64,000 nucleotides of DNA. Origin: Escherichia coli. Lineage in GTDB: Bacteria > Pseudomonadota > Gammaproteobacteria > Enterobacterales > Enterobacteriaceae. The notes beneath the pieces were generated by a model. The model was not told where the DNA came from. It searched no databases and saw nothing but the letters and a program-made list of their open reading frames with translations. Positions 19,518 through 31,282 of the stretch are shown piece by piece. The DNA lies in assembly GCF_024700885.2 (NCBI RefSeq), contig NZ_CP117016.1; one strand, written 5' to 3'. A program made the translations under genes and the position numbers. Every line of letters starts with the position of its first letter. Position 1 is the stretch's first letter.

Positions 19518-21144
19518 GGTTAAATCTCCGTATGGTTCATACGGAATAGCCACGTCGTAAAAAATGCGCAGAGTCCCTGAAGTGACCTCCGGCAGGACAC
19601 TGTCTCAGGCACTCTGTGATAACCCGAACGGTCGTCTCCGGACTGACGGTTGAATTTTCAGCGTCGTTTTTTAATGTAAAAAACCGGTTACGGGTAAGGC
19701 TGTGAGGAGGGAGTGATGGTGATACGCAAAAAGAAGTGCAGGGATTGTGGAAACGCGATTACTCATAATACAGTGTGTTGCCCGTATTGTGGTTCTGTCG
19801 ACCCCTTCGGCTACTACCGGAATACAGACCGTATCGTTACCATACTGCTGGCGCTGATTATTGTGGTCCTGCTGACTACTGTCAGCGTCAGTGTGTGTAT
19901 ACTGTGTAGCTGGTGAGATAACGGTTCATGTATCCCCTGAGCTGACAGTGTACCGTGTATATTAAGCGTAACCGACAGGTTCTCCTTCATACCATATTAA
20001 ATTTTCCAGGGATTGCCGCTGCCTTATTTCGTCTCATACAGGAAAACTCATCTGGGTTTCTGACAAATACGCGAAACTCACAGCCCCTCAATATCAACCA
20101 CACGTTGTAAGCCGGTAATACCTGAAAATCAGCCTATTACCGCCCACGCCTCCGGCACCATTCCCTTTTGATTTCGAATTCTTTGTTGTCGCTATACCGC
20201 TTAATGTTCCCGGTCCTCCGGTGCAGATAACACCGGAGTCATCGTAGCGCTGCTTCAATATTCAGGTGACATATTTCCAGACGGAAGCCGGCGCGCGATC
20301 GTAAAGTTTGTTCATTGTCAGTTCTGCCAGCCGGTTGTCAACGGCAGAGTTAAAGGCTTCCAGCTCCGCAAGGGTAAGTTTATAACGCGTGTGGGAATTC
20401 ACTTTTCCCGCGTCTCCTGACGTATTACGGGCTGCCACTTACCTGGTGTCCCGCAATACAGCCTTAGTGTTCCGTTATCGGGGATCCGGACGCACCGCAA
20501 CAACCGGGGAAGTATTTCTGGTTTAGAGCATTGTCAAGAGGGATTTCTCAGCCCCTCACTCACCGCTCAGTCTCAGGGCAGGAGCATTAATACGCTCAGT
20601 TCATGTCTTATACAGGAATGGGCACAGGGGGAGCTGGCGTGTCACTGCTGATTTTACGCATCAGCGTTCATGTATCTGCACTCTGATACATGAACGATTC
20701 ACAGCGCTCTGTTACCGGAGAGATTTACTCTCTTAGCTTACTCTGGCAAATCCTTTACGTTACTCTCTGATGACTTCTTATATTTATAATACCAATCAGA
20801 CAGCCTTATCCCATCGGTGATATCAGTCTCCTCCTCGCCAGGAACGGGCTGACTCACTGTAACCACCTCCGAAAACAACTCTGCAATTATCAGAACGCCT
20901 GCTTCTCTCCCTGTCCTCACGAAAACTATCCCCTCTTTATCGCGCGTGCGTGCGGAAGCATCTTTTCGCAACAACCACCCGGTATACCGGTACGGCTCAG
21001 CCACCGCAACCTCCCCGTTTATCTCCTGGCGGTCACATTCCCGATTATTTTTTACGTTTCTCCCCGGTTGTTATGCCGGTGAAGGTGGCGCGCTGTTTTC
21101 ATGACCACACCGGCTGGTTTAACAACATCCGGAGGAACATTCTC

Positions 21145-21351
21145 ATGGCTACCCCAGTTTCACTGATGGATGACCAGATGGTCGACATGGCATTTATCAC
21201 TCAACTGAACGGCCTGACAGATAAGTGGTTTTACAGGCTCATCAGGGATGGGGCCTTTCCGGCTCCCATCAAGCTGGGCCGCAGCTCCCGCTGGCTGAAA
21301 AGTGAAGTGGAAGCCTGGCTACAGGCGCGTATTGCACAGCCCCGCCCGTAA
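21145..21351 (+). CDS. alpA: AlpA-family phage regulatory protein (68 aa)
   Basis: MATPVSLMDDQMVDMAFITQLNGLTDKWFYRLIRDGAFPAPIKLGRSSRWLKSEVEAWL; GGAGG RBS. Confidence 0.8.
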   Translation: MATPVSLMDDQMVDMAFITQLNGLTDKWFYRLIRDGAFPAPIKLGRSSRWLKSEVEAWLQARIAQPRP

Positions 21352-21439
21352 TTTCTGACCGTTATCCGTTCACCCGCAGCAGACGTAATCCCCGGCCTGC
21401 CGGCGGCATTCTGCTGCCTGTTATATCCCCGTGAGGAAT

Positions 21440-22048
21440 ATGAAAATGAAACAACAGTATCAGACCCGCTACGAATGGCTCCACGAAAGCTACCAGAAAT
21501 GGCTGACCGGCTTCACCCGGCACGCCGTATCCTGGGGCGTGTGTCATCCGAATATCTACTACTTCCATAATCTGACGCCCGGTTGGGTGTCATTCAATGG
21601 TGAAAAACCGGAGATTGCCATCGTACCCCAGAGCCTGCACCGGCTGATTTATGGCCCTGACAAACGGGCCACGCCGCCCCTGGATGATGATCTGATTGTG
21701 AATTTATGCACCAGTGAACATCTGCTGGTTCATCATCCGATGCTGGAAGGCATTCTCCTGTCTGAATGTGAACGTCTGAGGCAGCGTTCTCTGGCAAATA
21801 AACTGATCAGCCTCTTCCGTCAGTTTGGTGGCACGGAGTTGCGCCTCAAACTGGTCTGGCTTTGCTGGCTTGATTTAATGACCGGAAACAGCCTTGAAGA
21901 CTGGAAAGAGAACCTGAAACGGAAATCAGAAAAAGAGCTGGAGGAATGGATCATCAACCGTCAGAGGCAGAGCGCAGCACTGACGGATCTGATGGATCAG
22001 TACGTGCTCCTGGCATACCGCACAACGGTTGACGATAGCCGCAACTGA
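21440..22048 (+). CDS. Hypothetical island protein (about 202 aa)
   Basis: ORF directly downstream of alpA; no family recognised. Confidence 0.35.
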   Translation: MKMKQQYQTRYEWLHESYQKWLTGFTRHAVSWGVCHPNIYYFHNLTPGWVSFNGEKPEIAIVPQSLHRLIYGPDKRATPPLDDDLIVNLCTSEHLLVHHPMLEGILLSECERLRQRSLANKLISLFRQFGGTELRLKLVWLCWLDLMTGNSLEDWKENLKRKSEKELEEWIINRQRQSAALTDLMDQYVLLAYRTTVDDSRN

Positions 22049-23233
22049 TGCCGGTTGCTTCCGGAAGGTGTGACAAAATACGGAAATGATGATGCTCCCG
22101 GCCCCGCATGCTCACCTGCAGAGCGTGTTCGTCGTCATCATACTGAGCCATGACGGGCGTCTTAAGGGCATCCTGTCATTGCTGAGCAGGCAACACCACC
22201 AGAGGAGCCACGGACAGGGATGTTCTTTACAGCCCGATACACGCCAGGTTCTCAGCAGACTGAATGTGCAGGTGCGGTTATTCACCAGAAATGGCATGCT
22301 GCGGTACATACCCATCCTGGTGACAATATGTACGTGGCGACAGCGATCCCGGCACTGTGGAAGAGACTCACTCAGCCTGCAGGATATTCTTTCCGGCATC
22401 CGGGAATGTCCGCCTGAATGCAAACAGGATGATATTTGAATCCGTAATACTGTTCTTTCATCATAAATAATTTATGCAGATACAGTTAACCGTTACAGTA
22501 GCCGGTTTGTTTTACCGGGAAATAATATCCGTCAGACTGATGCCGGAACATATCTGAAACACGTTATGATGTTTTGTTATCAGAAATGTTGTATATTCTT
22601 ATCCGTGGCGACAGTTTAATGCCCTCTGGTATCACCTTGGATTTGCCCCTATATTTACGGGACACGCCTCTTTTCATTGTGCTCCTTTTCAGACTTCATT
22701 TTCCGTAAGTGTTCCCCGGCATAAAGGAGGTACCTTTCTGGCGTTTATAACTCTCTTTATCGGTGACGCCGGTAATACAGGGAATACCACACCGACAAAC
22801 GAGGTATTAACAGACGATATTTCAGTGTCCATAATTTTTCTGTCCGGTTAAATAACGTCAGTCTGCTGCCCTCTGACTGTAATCATCAAAGCCGGAATGC
22901 ATACCGGGTTACAACGTAAAAAAAGTGATGCTGGCCCCCGGTGCAGCTGGCGGGCGAAACATGTTTACCTTTCAATACCCCCTGTCTGCAGTCTCCACTC
23001 TTCCATCCTCTTAAGCTACGTCGGCCACATGAGTGCACTTCCATGATAACAGGTATTCCTGTCAGCATAACGAAGCCGGTTACCTTCCCTTCCTCCTGCA
23101 TTTCCTGTCAGAATGACTGTACAGCGCGCAGATTGCCTTTTTATTGACCACCTTAATATACCATTATAAACTTCTTTTTATCATGTTATTATCACCTTAT
23201 TATGTTTAATTTTTAAGCAACCGGAGAAAGAGG

Positions 23234-24151
23234 ATGGTTCAGAAAATTTTGTCGGATAAGGTTATGAATGAAAGAACAAATGCGTATTACTCTTATTATC
23301 TTGGAGAGCGTAATATCTCCGTACTGCCCCTTAATGTTTATGATCCCCCGGAACGTTTTATCGCTTACATAAAAAAAAACAGAGAAAATCTGAACATCAC
23401 ACTTTCAGATTTTGAACTTGAACAAATCATTTCTGGTATGCGTCTGAAGGCACTGGCCTCCCTGGTGCCCCTGGAAAAAATATCCTGGATCGCGGGCAGT
23501 GAACGTGCATGCTTATTTTCCTGGTATCTGTTGATGCAGTTTATCCAGAATAACAGGACAAAAATAAGCGCAGACTTGCTTCAAAAGAATAAACTGTATC
23601 TTAAAGAAGAGTATTTAGAAGGGAATGCCTTCCCGTCGGACTCATCGACACAGTTCAGACAAATACTCAGAGTTCTCGATATTCTTTCTGATAAGAATTT
23701 GCGGGATGAGTGGATAATCCAGACCAAAGACAGATGGATGCGGGCATTTAAATCAAAGAGTCCTTTCAGTTACCTCCTCCCGGAGAACGAACATGAATGC
23801 ATATGGACATGGAATTATTTGAAGGGAAAAAATATTGCACTGGAAAAACTGGCCAGTTTTCCTGGTTCTGCTGATATTTACCACGCAATTCACCTTTCAT
23901 TTGACATATGGGTTACCTGTCCACTCACCTCACCTGACGATATAAAAAATTTCAGAAACAGTTTCAATAAGGCCAAGGCGCAGCGCAAGTACAAAAAAAT
24001 GCAGGAAGATAAAGTCAATGTACAGTTTTTTCTTGACGCAGAAACCAGGGCGCAGCTCAAAGAATTATCGAGGGTCAGAAGACTCAGTACCGGCGAAATG
24101 CTGCATGACCTGATTGTTGAAGAGTATAAAAGGTACCGACATTCCAGATAA
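23234..24151 (+). CDS. Hypothetical protein (305 aa)
   Basis: ORF with GGAGAAAGAGG RBS directly upstream of the GTPase gene; no family recognised. Confidence 0.4.
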   Translation: MVQKILSDKVMNERTNAYYSYYLGERNISVLPLNVYDPPERFIAYIKKNRENLNITLSDFELEQIISGMRLKALASLVPLEKISWIAGSERACLFSWYLLMQFIQNNRTKISADLLQKNKLYLKEEYLEGNAFPSDSSTQFRQILRVLDILSDKNLRDEWIIQTKDRWMRAFKSKSPFSYLLPENEHECIWTWNYLKGKNIALEKLASFPGSADIYHAIHLSFDIWVTCPLTSPDDIKNFRNSFNKAKAQRKYKKMQEDKVNVQFFLDAETRAQLKELSRVRRLSTGEMLHDLIVEEYKRYRHSR

Positions 24152-24235
24152 TTTCAGACATATATTATCTCCGTGAGTCCCCCACCACCTTTCCGGTGTG
24201 CGGGGGTTTTGTCTTTTTTCACCGGGAATACATGT

Positions 24236-25108
24236 ATGAATCCGTCTGATGCCATTGAGGCAATTGAAAAACCGCTCTCCTCCCTGCCTTACTCACTTTC
24301 CCGTCACATCCTGGAACATCTGCGCAAACTCACCAGTCACGAACCCGTGATTGGCATTATGGGTAAAAGCGGGGCCGGTAAATCCTCACTCTGTAATGCA
24401 CTGTTTCAGGGGGAGGTCACCCCGGTCAGTGATGTTCACGCCGGCACCCGGGAAGTGCGGCGCTTCCGTCTGAGTGGCCACGGTCACAGCATGATTATCA
24501 CTGACCTGCCCGGGGTGGGCGAGAGCCGGGACAGGGATGCAGAGTATGAAGCCCTGTACCGTGACATTCTGCCTGAACTTGACCTGGTACTGTGGCTGAT
24601 TAAAGCCGATGACCGTGCCCTGTCTGTGGATGAGTATTTCTGGCGACACATCCTGCACCGGGGACATCAGCAGGTGCTGTTTGTGGTGACGCAGGCCGAC
24701 AAAACGGAGCCCTGCCATGAATGGGATATGGCCGGCATTCAGCCTTCTCCCGCACAGGCACAGAACATTCGTGAGAAAACAGATGCGGTATTCCGGCTGT
24801 TCCGGCCCGTACATCCGGTTGTGGCCGTATCGGCCTGCACCGGCTGGGAACTGGATACGCTGGTCAGTGCGCTCATGACAGCGCTTCCCGACCATGCCGC
24901 CAGTCCCCTGATGACCCGCCTGCAGGACGAGCTGCGCACGGAATCTGTCCGGTCTCAGGCCCGTGAACAGTTTACCGGTGCGGTGGACCGGATATTTGAC
25001 ACGGCGGAGAGCGTCTGTATTGCCTCTGTTGCACGCACGGTTCTGCGTGCCGTCCGTGACTCGGTGGTCTCTGTTGCCCGCGCTGTATGGAACTGGATTT
25101 TCTTCTGA
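24236..25108 (+). CDS. YeeP/YfjP-family small GTPase (290 aa), apparently intact
   Basis: P-loop GIMGKSGAGKSSLCNALF, G3 DLPGVGES, G4 TQADK; lies upstream of flu as yeeP does in CP4-44. Confidence 0.75.
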   Translation: MNPSDAIEAIEKPLSSLPYSLSRHILEHLRKLTSHEPVIGIMGKSGAGKSSLCNALFQGEVTPVSDVHAGTREVRRFRLSGHGHSMIITDLPGVGESRDRDAEYEALYRDILPELDLVLWLIKADDRALSVDEYFWRHILHRGHQQVLFVVTQADKTEPCHEWDMAGIQPSPAQAQNIREKTDAVFRLFRPVHPVVAVSACTGWELDTLVSALMTALPDHAASPLMTRLQDELRTESVRSQAREQFTGAVDRIFDTAESVCIASVARTVLRAVRDSVVSVARAVWNWIFF

Positions 25109-25227
25109 ACACTCTGCCAGGGGAAATGCCTGATTACATTGCGTTAACCAACTGAAAACATGACACAAACACCTCATGCCCCTCCTGTTTCTCTTGCGTG
25201 ACTGCTCTGCTGTTAATAGAATAAAAC

Positions 25228-25263
25228 GATCGATAAAACAGGTATCGATCGTTACTATCGATC
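25228..25263 (+). promoter_or_regulatory. Three clustered GATC (Dam) sites in the flu leader: probable OxyR/Dam phase-variation switch
   Basis: GATC at 25228, 25247 and 25260, about 220 bp upstream of the flu ATG. Confidence 0.6.
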
Positions 25264-25480
25264 GTTTATAGTGGTTAATGGTCTGCGAAAAGGCAGCTGA
25301 ATCTCTTCATCATGCAGAACGGAATTGCACACAACGGACTGATACTTCTCTGGCGGATGAGAGAGGGGAAGCATTTATGTCCGGGAAAAACCACTTTATC
25401 TGACCATGCTGTTTTGTACCTGCCGGTATCCACATTTGTGGGTACCGGCTTTTTTATTCACCCTCTGTAAGGAAAAGCTG

Positions 25481-28327
25481 ATGAAACGACATCTGAACAC
25501 CAGCTACAGGCTGGTATGGAATCACATTACGGGCACCCTGGTGGTGGCTTCCGAACTGGCGCGCTCACGGGGAAAACGCACCGGTGTGGCGGTTGCGCTG
25601 TCTCTTGCTGCTGTCACGTCAGTCCCGGTACTGGCTGCTGACACGGTCGTACAGGCGGGAGAAACCGTGAGCGGCGGAACACTGACAAATCATGACAACC
25701 AGATTGTCTTCGGTACGGCCAACGGAATGACCATCAGTACCGGTCTGGAGTATGGGCCGGATAACGAGGCCAATACCGGCGGACAATGGATACAAAATGG
25801 CGGTATCGCCAACAACACTACTGTCACCGGTGGTGGTCTTCAGAGAGTGAATGCCGGAGGAAGCGTTTCAGACACGGTTATCAGTGCCGGAGGCGGACAG
25901 AGCCTTCAGGGGCAGGCAGTGAACACCACTCTGAACGGCGGTGAGCAGTGGGTACATGAAGGCGGGATTGCAACGGGTACCGTCATTAATGAGAAGGGCT
26001 GGCAGGCCGTCAAATCCGGCGCAATGGCAACCGACACGGTTGTGAATACCGGCGCGGAAGGGGGACCGGATGCAGAAAATGGTGATACCGGGCAGTTTGT
26101 TCGCGGAAATGCCGTACGTACCACTATCAATGAAAATGGTCGTCAGATTGTGGCTGCTGAAGGAACAGCAAATACCACTGTGGTTTATGCCGGCGGCGAC
26201 CAGACGGTACACGGGCATGCGCTGGATACCACACTGAATGGCGGTTACCAGTATGTGCACAACGGAGGCACAGCCTCTGACACGGTTGTAAACAGTGACG
26301 GCTGGCAGATTGTCAAGGAAGGTGGTCTGGCGGATTTCACCACCGTTAACCAGAAAGGCAAACTGCAGGTGAACGCCGGTGGTACAGCCACGAATGTCAC
26401 CCTGAAGCAGGGAGGCGCACTGGTCACCAGTACGGCGGCAACCGTCACCGGCAGCAACCGTCTGGGCAATTTCACTGTGGAAAACGGTAATGCTGACGGT
26501 GTTGTTCTGGAGTCCGGTGGTCGCCTGGATGTACTGGAGGGCCATTCAGCCTGGAAAACACTGGTGGATGACGGCGGAACCCTGGCAGTGTCTGCCGGTG
26601 GTAAGGCAACAGATGTCACCATGACATCCGGTAGTGCCCTGATTGCAGACAGTGGTGCCACTGTTGAGGGGACCAATGCCAGCGGTAAGTTCAGTATTGA
26701 TGGCACATCCGGTCAGGCCAGCGGACTGCTGCTGGAAAATGGCGGCAGCTTTACGGTTAATGCCGGAGGACTGGCCAGCAACACCACTGTCGGACATCGT
26801 GGAACACTGACGCTGGCTGCCGGGGGAAGTCTGAGTGGCAGAACACAGCTCAGTAAAGGTGCCAGCATGGTACTGAATGGCGATGTGGTCAGTACCGGCG
26901 ATATTGTTAACGCAGGGGAGATTCGCTTTGATAATCAGACGACACCGGATGCCGCGCTGAGCCGTGCTGTTGCAAAAGGCGACTCCCCGGTAACGTTCCA
27001 TAAACTGACCACCAGTAACCTCACCGGTCAGGGTGGCACCATCAATATGCGTGTTCGCCTTGATGGCAGCAATACCTCTGACCAGCTGGTGATTAATGGT
27101 GGTCAGGCAACCGGCAAAACCTGGCTTGCGTTTACAAATGTCGGAAACAGTAACCTCGGGGTGGCAACCTCCGGACAGGGTATCCGGGTTGTGGATGCAC
27201 AGAATGGCGCCACCACAGAAGAAGGTGCGTTTGCCCTGAGTCGCCCGCTTCAGGCCGGCGCCTTTAACTACACCCTGAACCGTGACAGCGATGAAGACTG
27301 GTACCTGCGCAGTGAAAATGCTTATCGTGCTGAAGTCCCCCTGTATACATCCATGCTGACACAGGCAATGGACTATGACCGGATTCTGGCAGGCTCCCGC
27401 AGCCATCAGACCGGTGTAAACGGTGAAAATAACAGCGTCCGTCTCAGCATTCAGGGCGGTCATCTCGGTCACGATAACAACGGCGGTATTGCCCGTGGAG
27501 CCACGCCGGAAAGCAGCGGCAGCTATGGCTTCGTCCGTCTGGAGGGTGACCTGCTCAGAACAGAGGTTGCCGGTATGTCTCTGACGACAGGGGTGCATGG
27601 TGCCGCAGGCCATTCTTCCGTTGATGTTAAGGATGATGACGGTTCCCGCGCCGGCACGGTCCGGGATGATGCCGGCAGCCTGGGCGGATACCTGAATCTG
27701 ACACACACGTCCTCCGGCCTGTGGGCTGACATTGTGGCACAGGGAACCCGCCACAGCATGAAAGCGTCATCGGACAATAACGACTTCCGCGCCCGCGGCT
27801 GGGGCTGGCTGGGCTCACTGGAAACCGGTCTGCCCTTCAGTATCACTGACAACCTGATGCTGGAGCCACAACTGCAGTATACCTGGCAGGGACTTTCCCT
27901 GGATGACGGCCAGGATAACGCCGGTTATGTGAAGTTCGGGCATGGCAGTGCACAACATGTGCGTGCCGGTTTCCGTCTGGGCAGCCACAACGATATGAGC
28001 TTTGGTGAAGGCACCTCATCCCGTGACACCCTGCGCGACAGTGCAAAACACCGTGTGCGTGAACTGCCGGTGAACTGGTGGGTACAGCCTTCTGTTATCC
28101 GCACCTTCAGTTCCCGGGGTGACATGAGCATGGGGACAGCCGCCGCCGGCAGTAACATGACGTTCTCACCGTCCCGGAATGGCACGTCACTGGACCTGCA
28201 GGCCGGACTGGAAGCCCGTGTCCGGGAAAATATCACCCTGGGCGTTCAGGCCGGTTATGCCCACAGTGTCAGCGGCAGCAGCGCTGAAGGTTATAACGGT
28301 CAGGCCACGCTGAATGTGACTTTCTGA
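25481..28327 (+). CDS. flu: Antigen 43 autotransporter adhesin (948 aa)
   Basis: [35 protein letters not shown]... signal/passenger repeats and C-terminal beta-barrel ending ...GQATLNVTF. Confidence 0.9.
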   Translation: MKRHLNTSYRLVWNHITGTLVVASELARSRGKRTGVAVALSLAAVTSVPVLAADTVVQAGETVSGGTLTNHDNQIVFGTANGMTISTGLEYGPDNEANTGGQWIQNGGIANNTTVTGGGLQRVNAGGSVSDTVISAGGGQSLQGQAVNTTLNGGEQWVHEGGIATGTVINEKGWQAVKSGAMATDTVVNTGAEGGPDAENGDTGQFVRGNAVRTTINENGRQIVAAEGTANTTVVYAGGDQTVHGHALDTTLNGGYQYVHNGGTASDTVVNSDGWQIVKEGGLADFTTVNQKGKLQVNAGGTATNVTLKQGGALVTSTAATVTGSNRLGNFTVENGNADGVVLESGGRLDVLEGHSAWKTLVDDGGTLAVSAGGKATDVTMTSGSALIADSGATVEGTNASGKFSIDGTSGQASGLLLENGGSFTVNAGGLASNTTVGHRGTLTLAAGGSLSGRTQLSKGASMVLNGDVVSTGDIVNAGEIRFDNQTTPDAALSRAVAKGDSPVTFHKLTTSNLTGQGGTINMRVRLDGSNTSDQLVINGGQATGKTWLAFTNVGNSNLGVATSGQGIRVVDAQNGATTEEGAFALSRPLQAGAFNYTLNRDSDEDWYLRSENAYRAEVPLYTSMLTQAMDYDRILAGSRSHQTGVNGENNSVRLSIQGGHLGHDNNGGIARGATPESSGSYGFVRLEGDLLRTEVAGMSLTTGVHGAAGHSSVDVKDDDGSRAGTVRDDAGSLGGYLNLTHTSSGLWADIVAQGTRHSMKASSDNNDFRARGWGWLGSLETGLPFSITDNLMLEPQLQYTWQGLSLDDGQDNAGYVKFGHGSAQHVRAGFRLGSHNDMSFGEGTSSRDTLRDSAKHRVRELPVNWWVQPSVIRTFSSRGDMSMGTAAAGSNMTFSPSRNGTSLDLQAGLEARVRENITLGVQAGYAHSVSGSSAEGYNGQATLNVTF

Positions 28328-28397
28328 TAATCAGGTCACTCTCCTTCAGGCCCCGGTCATCATGACCGGGGCTTTTTACTTTCAGGGAGCAACAGAT

Positions 28398-28556
28398 ATG
28401 CCGGGTTGTACATCACGTTTATTGCCCGAAGGCCCTTTCTCACGCGAACAGGCTGTTGCCGTCAAAACAGCTTACCGCAATGTATTTACTGAAGATGACC
28501 AGGGAACATATTCCCGGCTGGTTATCCGTAATGCTGAAGGTCAGTTGCGCTGGTGA
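28398..28556 (+). CDS. Small hypothetical protein (52 aa)
   Basis: ORF with AGGGAG RBS between flu and the DUF932 gene. Confidence 0.35.
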   Translation: MPGCTSRLLPEGPFSREQAVAVKTAYRNVFTEDDQGTYSRLVIRNAEGQLRW

Positions 28557-28710
28557 TGCCGGAACACAGCTTAATACTCAGCTCGCCAGTTAAGGGCTTC
28601 TCAGACAATAAACGTCATTCATTTCATCTGTCAGGCCGCGTCTTCTCCGGGAGACGCAGCTTTTTCATTTATTACACCAGTAAATCGTAACCACCGATAA
28701 GGAGCAAATT

Positions 28711-29529
28711 ATGCGACTAGCCAGTCGTTTTGGTTATGCGAACCAGATACGCCGTGACCGTCCGCTGACACACGAAGAACTGATGCACTATGTTCCCAGT
28801 ATTTTCGGTGAAGACCGGCATACTTCCCGCAGTAAACGATATGCGTACATTCCCACCATCACCGTACTGGAAAGCCTGCAGCAGGAAGGTTTTCAGCCAT
28901 TCTTCGCCTGCCAGACCCGCGTGCGCGACCCGGGCCGCCGGGGATACACAAAACACATGCTGCGTCTGCGGCGGGCCGGAGAGATAAACGGAGAACATGT
29001 CCCTGAAATTATTCTGCTCAACTCTCATGACGGTACCTCCAGCTACCAGATGCTGCCGGGTTACTTCAGATTCGTCTGCCAGAATGGCTGCGTCTGCGGT
29101 CAGTCTCTGGGGGAAGTGCGTGTTCCACACCGGGGAAATGTGGTGGAGAAAGTTATCGAAGGGGCTTACGAAGTGGTGGGGGTTTTTGACCGGATTGAGG
29201 AAAAGCGTGATGCCATGCAGTCGCTGGTCCTGCCGCCACCGGCACGCCAGGCGCTGGCACAGGCGGCACTGACTTACCGTTATGGTGACGAACATCAGCC
29301 AGTCACCACCGCTGACATTCTGACGCCACGACGCCGGGAGGATTACGGTAAGGACCTGTGGAGTACTTATCAGACCATCCAGGAGAATATGCTGAAAGGC
29401 GGGATTTCCGGCCGCAGTGCAAAAGGAAAACGTATCCACACCCGTGCCATTCACAACATCGACACCGATATTAAGCTCAACCGCGCATTGTGGGTAATGG
29501 CAGAAACGCTGCTGGAGAGCCTGCGCTGA
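28711..29529 (+). CDS. DUF932-family protein (YfjQ/YafZ-like)
   Basis: Position and sequence typical of CP4-type prophage DUF932 proteins. Confidence 0.6.
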   Translation: MRLASRFGYANQIRRDRPLTHEELMHYVPSIFGEDRHTSRSKRYAYIPTITVLESLQQEGFQPFFACQTRVRDPGRRGYTKHMLRLRRAGEINGEHVPEIILLNSHDGTSSYQMLPGYFRFVCQNGCVCGQSLGEVRVPHRGNVVEKVIEGAYEVVGVFDRIEEKRDAMQSLVLPPPARQALAQAALTYRYGDEHQPVTTADILTPRRREDYGKDLWSTYQTIQENMLKGGISGRSAKGKRIHTRAIHNIDTDIKLNRALWVMAETLLESLR

Positions 29530-29870
29530 TGCAGCATGTCCCTGAAGGCGTGATTCAGGCACCAGAATCACCCGACGCCCCGGAGGCGCTGCCGGGGTGT
29601 CGTTCCATTTCTGATGATGACCTGTGCGCCTGGTGTACCCGTCTGCTTTACCGTCCCGGAGAAATCAGTCTGTGCAGACTGAGTATACAGGCAATGGCAT
29701 CTGGCCATCCGTCTGTGACCGGAACGGTTACGCGTACGGCTGTCCGGAATTTCAGCCGAATATCATTCATCCCTGATATTACCGGGTCATCACGGTCAGT
29801 GATGAACGTGATGTTGCCAGGTCCCGACCTTTACTCCCTCTCATTTATTCACATTACAAGGATTTCATAC

Positions 29871-30344
29871 ATGAAAACATTGTCTCAGAACACCACCTCT
29901 TCGGCCTGTGCACCGGAGACTGACCTGCAACAACTGGTTGCCACCCTCGTCCCTGATGAACAGCGCATCAGCTTCTGGCCGCAGCACTTTGGCCTCATTC
30001 CACAGTGGGTGACCCTGGAGCCCCGTGTCTTCGGCTGGATGGACCGTCTGTGCGAAGACTACTGCGGTGGTATCTGGAATCTGTACACCCTGAACAACGG
30101 CGGGGCATTTATGGCACCCGAACCGGATGACGATGATGACGAAACATGGGTACTGTTCAATGCCATGAACGGTAACCGCGCTGAAATGAGTCCGGAAGCT
30201 GCCGGCATTGCTGCCTGTCTGATGACGTACAGTCATCATGCCTGTCGTACGGAGTGTTATGCCATGACGGTCCATTATTACCGGCTGCGGGATTACGCCC
30301 TGCAGCATCCGGAATGCAGCGCCATTATGCGCATCATCGACTGA
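29871..30344 (+). CDS. Antirestriction protein, KlcA/ArdB-like (YfjX family)
   Basis: MKTLSQNTTSSACAPETDLQQLVATLVPDEQRISFWPQHFG...; upstream frame open to 29490 but homology begins here. Confidence 0.65.
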   Translation: MKTLSQNTTSSACAPETDLQQLVATLVPDEQRISFWPQHFGLIPQWVTLEPRVFGWMDRLCEDYCGGIWNLYTLNNGGAFMAPEPDDDDDETWVLFNAMNGNRAEMSPEAAGIAACLMTYSHHACRTECYAMTVHYYRLRDYALQHPECSAIMRIID

Positions 30345-30359
30345 ATGGAGAGAAGTACA

Positions 30360-30836
30360 ATGCAACAGCTTTCCTTTCTGCCCGGAGAGATGACGCCCGG
30401 CGAGCGCAGCCTCATTCAACGGGCCCTGAAAACCCTGGACCGCCATCTTCATGAACCCGGCGTGGCCTTCACCTCCACCCGTGCGGCACGAGAATGGCTG
30501 ATTCTGAACATGGCGGGACTGGAGCGTGAAGAGTTCCGGGTGCTGTATCTGAACAACCAGAATCAGCTGATTGCCGGTGAAACCCTCTTCACCGGCACCA
30601 TCAACCGCACGGAAGTCCATCCCCGTGAAGTGATTAAACGCGCCCTGTATCACAATGCCGCTGCTGTGGTGCTGGCACACAATCACCCGTCCGGTGAAGT
30701 CACACCCAGCAAGGCAGACCGCCTTATCACGGAACGTCTGGTACAGGCACTGGGCCTGGTGGATATCCGGGTGCCGGACCATCTGATAGTCGGTGGCAGC
30801 CAGGTTTTCTCCTTTGCCGAATATGGTCTGCTTTAA
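30360..30836 (+). CDS. RadC-like JAB-domain protein (YeeS/YkfG family)
   Basis: JAMM motif HNHPSGEVTPSKADRLIT; GGAGAG RBS. Confidence 0.75.
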   Translation: MQQLSFLPGEMTPGERSLIQRALKTLDRHLHEPGVAFTSTRAAREWLILNMAGLEREEFRVLYLNNQNQLIAGETLFTGTINRTEVHPREVIKRALYHNAAAVVLAHNHPSGEVTPSKADRLITERLVQALGLVDIRVPDHLIVGGSQVFSFAEYGLL

Positions 30837-30898
30837 CCCGTCACAACCACATCACACCTGTTTTCACTTTTATCTTCTGTCTTCAGAGGTATCCCACT

Positions 30899-31120
30899 AT
30901 GAAAATCATCACCCGTGGCGAAGCCATGCGTATTCACCGTCAGCATCCGGCATCCCGTCTTTTTCCGTTCTGTACCGGCAAATACCGCTGGCACGGCAGT
31001 GCTGAAGCGTATACCGGTCGTGAAGTGCAGGATATTCCCGGTGTGCTGGCCGTGTTTGCAGAACGCCGTAAGGACAGTTTTGGTCCGTATGTCCGGCTGA
31101 TGAGCGTCACCCTGAACTGA
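30899..31120 (+). CDS. YeeT-like DUF987 protein (73 aa)
   Basis: Position and size as yeeT upstream of cbeA. Confidence 0.6.
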   Translation: MKIITRGEAMRIHRQHPASRLFPFCTGKYRWHGSAEAYTGREVQDIPGVLAVFAERRKDSFGPYVRLMSVTLN

Positions 31121-31282
31121 TGTTCCGTCACCCGGAAAACGAGTACGACTGGCTGAGCTCAGACGCCGCTGTGGATGAGGCCCTGCTCATCAACGAATAC
31201 ACCTTCACCGAAGCCGGTCTGTGCACCGGCTGACCCGTCATCGTTAAACTATCATTCACCGATTTTCTGTGAGGATTTTATC

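Noticed and set aside
18654-19523. 289-aa plus-strand ORF
   Set aside because: Antisense to the YagK-like gene and the zinc-ribbon gene; composition looks like shadow translation.
24386-25177. 263-aa ORF on the minus strand
   Set aside because: Lies entirely antisense to the yeeP-like GTPase gene, which has clear P-loop motifs; treated as a shadow ORF.
25868-28236. Multiple long minus-strand ORFs (up to 402 aa)
   Set aside because: All are antisense to flu; the GC-rich, repetitive Ag43 passenger sequence produces long open frames on the opposite strand.
28717-30782. Minus-strand ORFs of 284 and 305 aa
   Set aside because: Antisense to the DUF932, klcA-like and radC-like genes; no RBS and no recognisable family.
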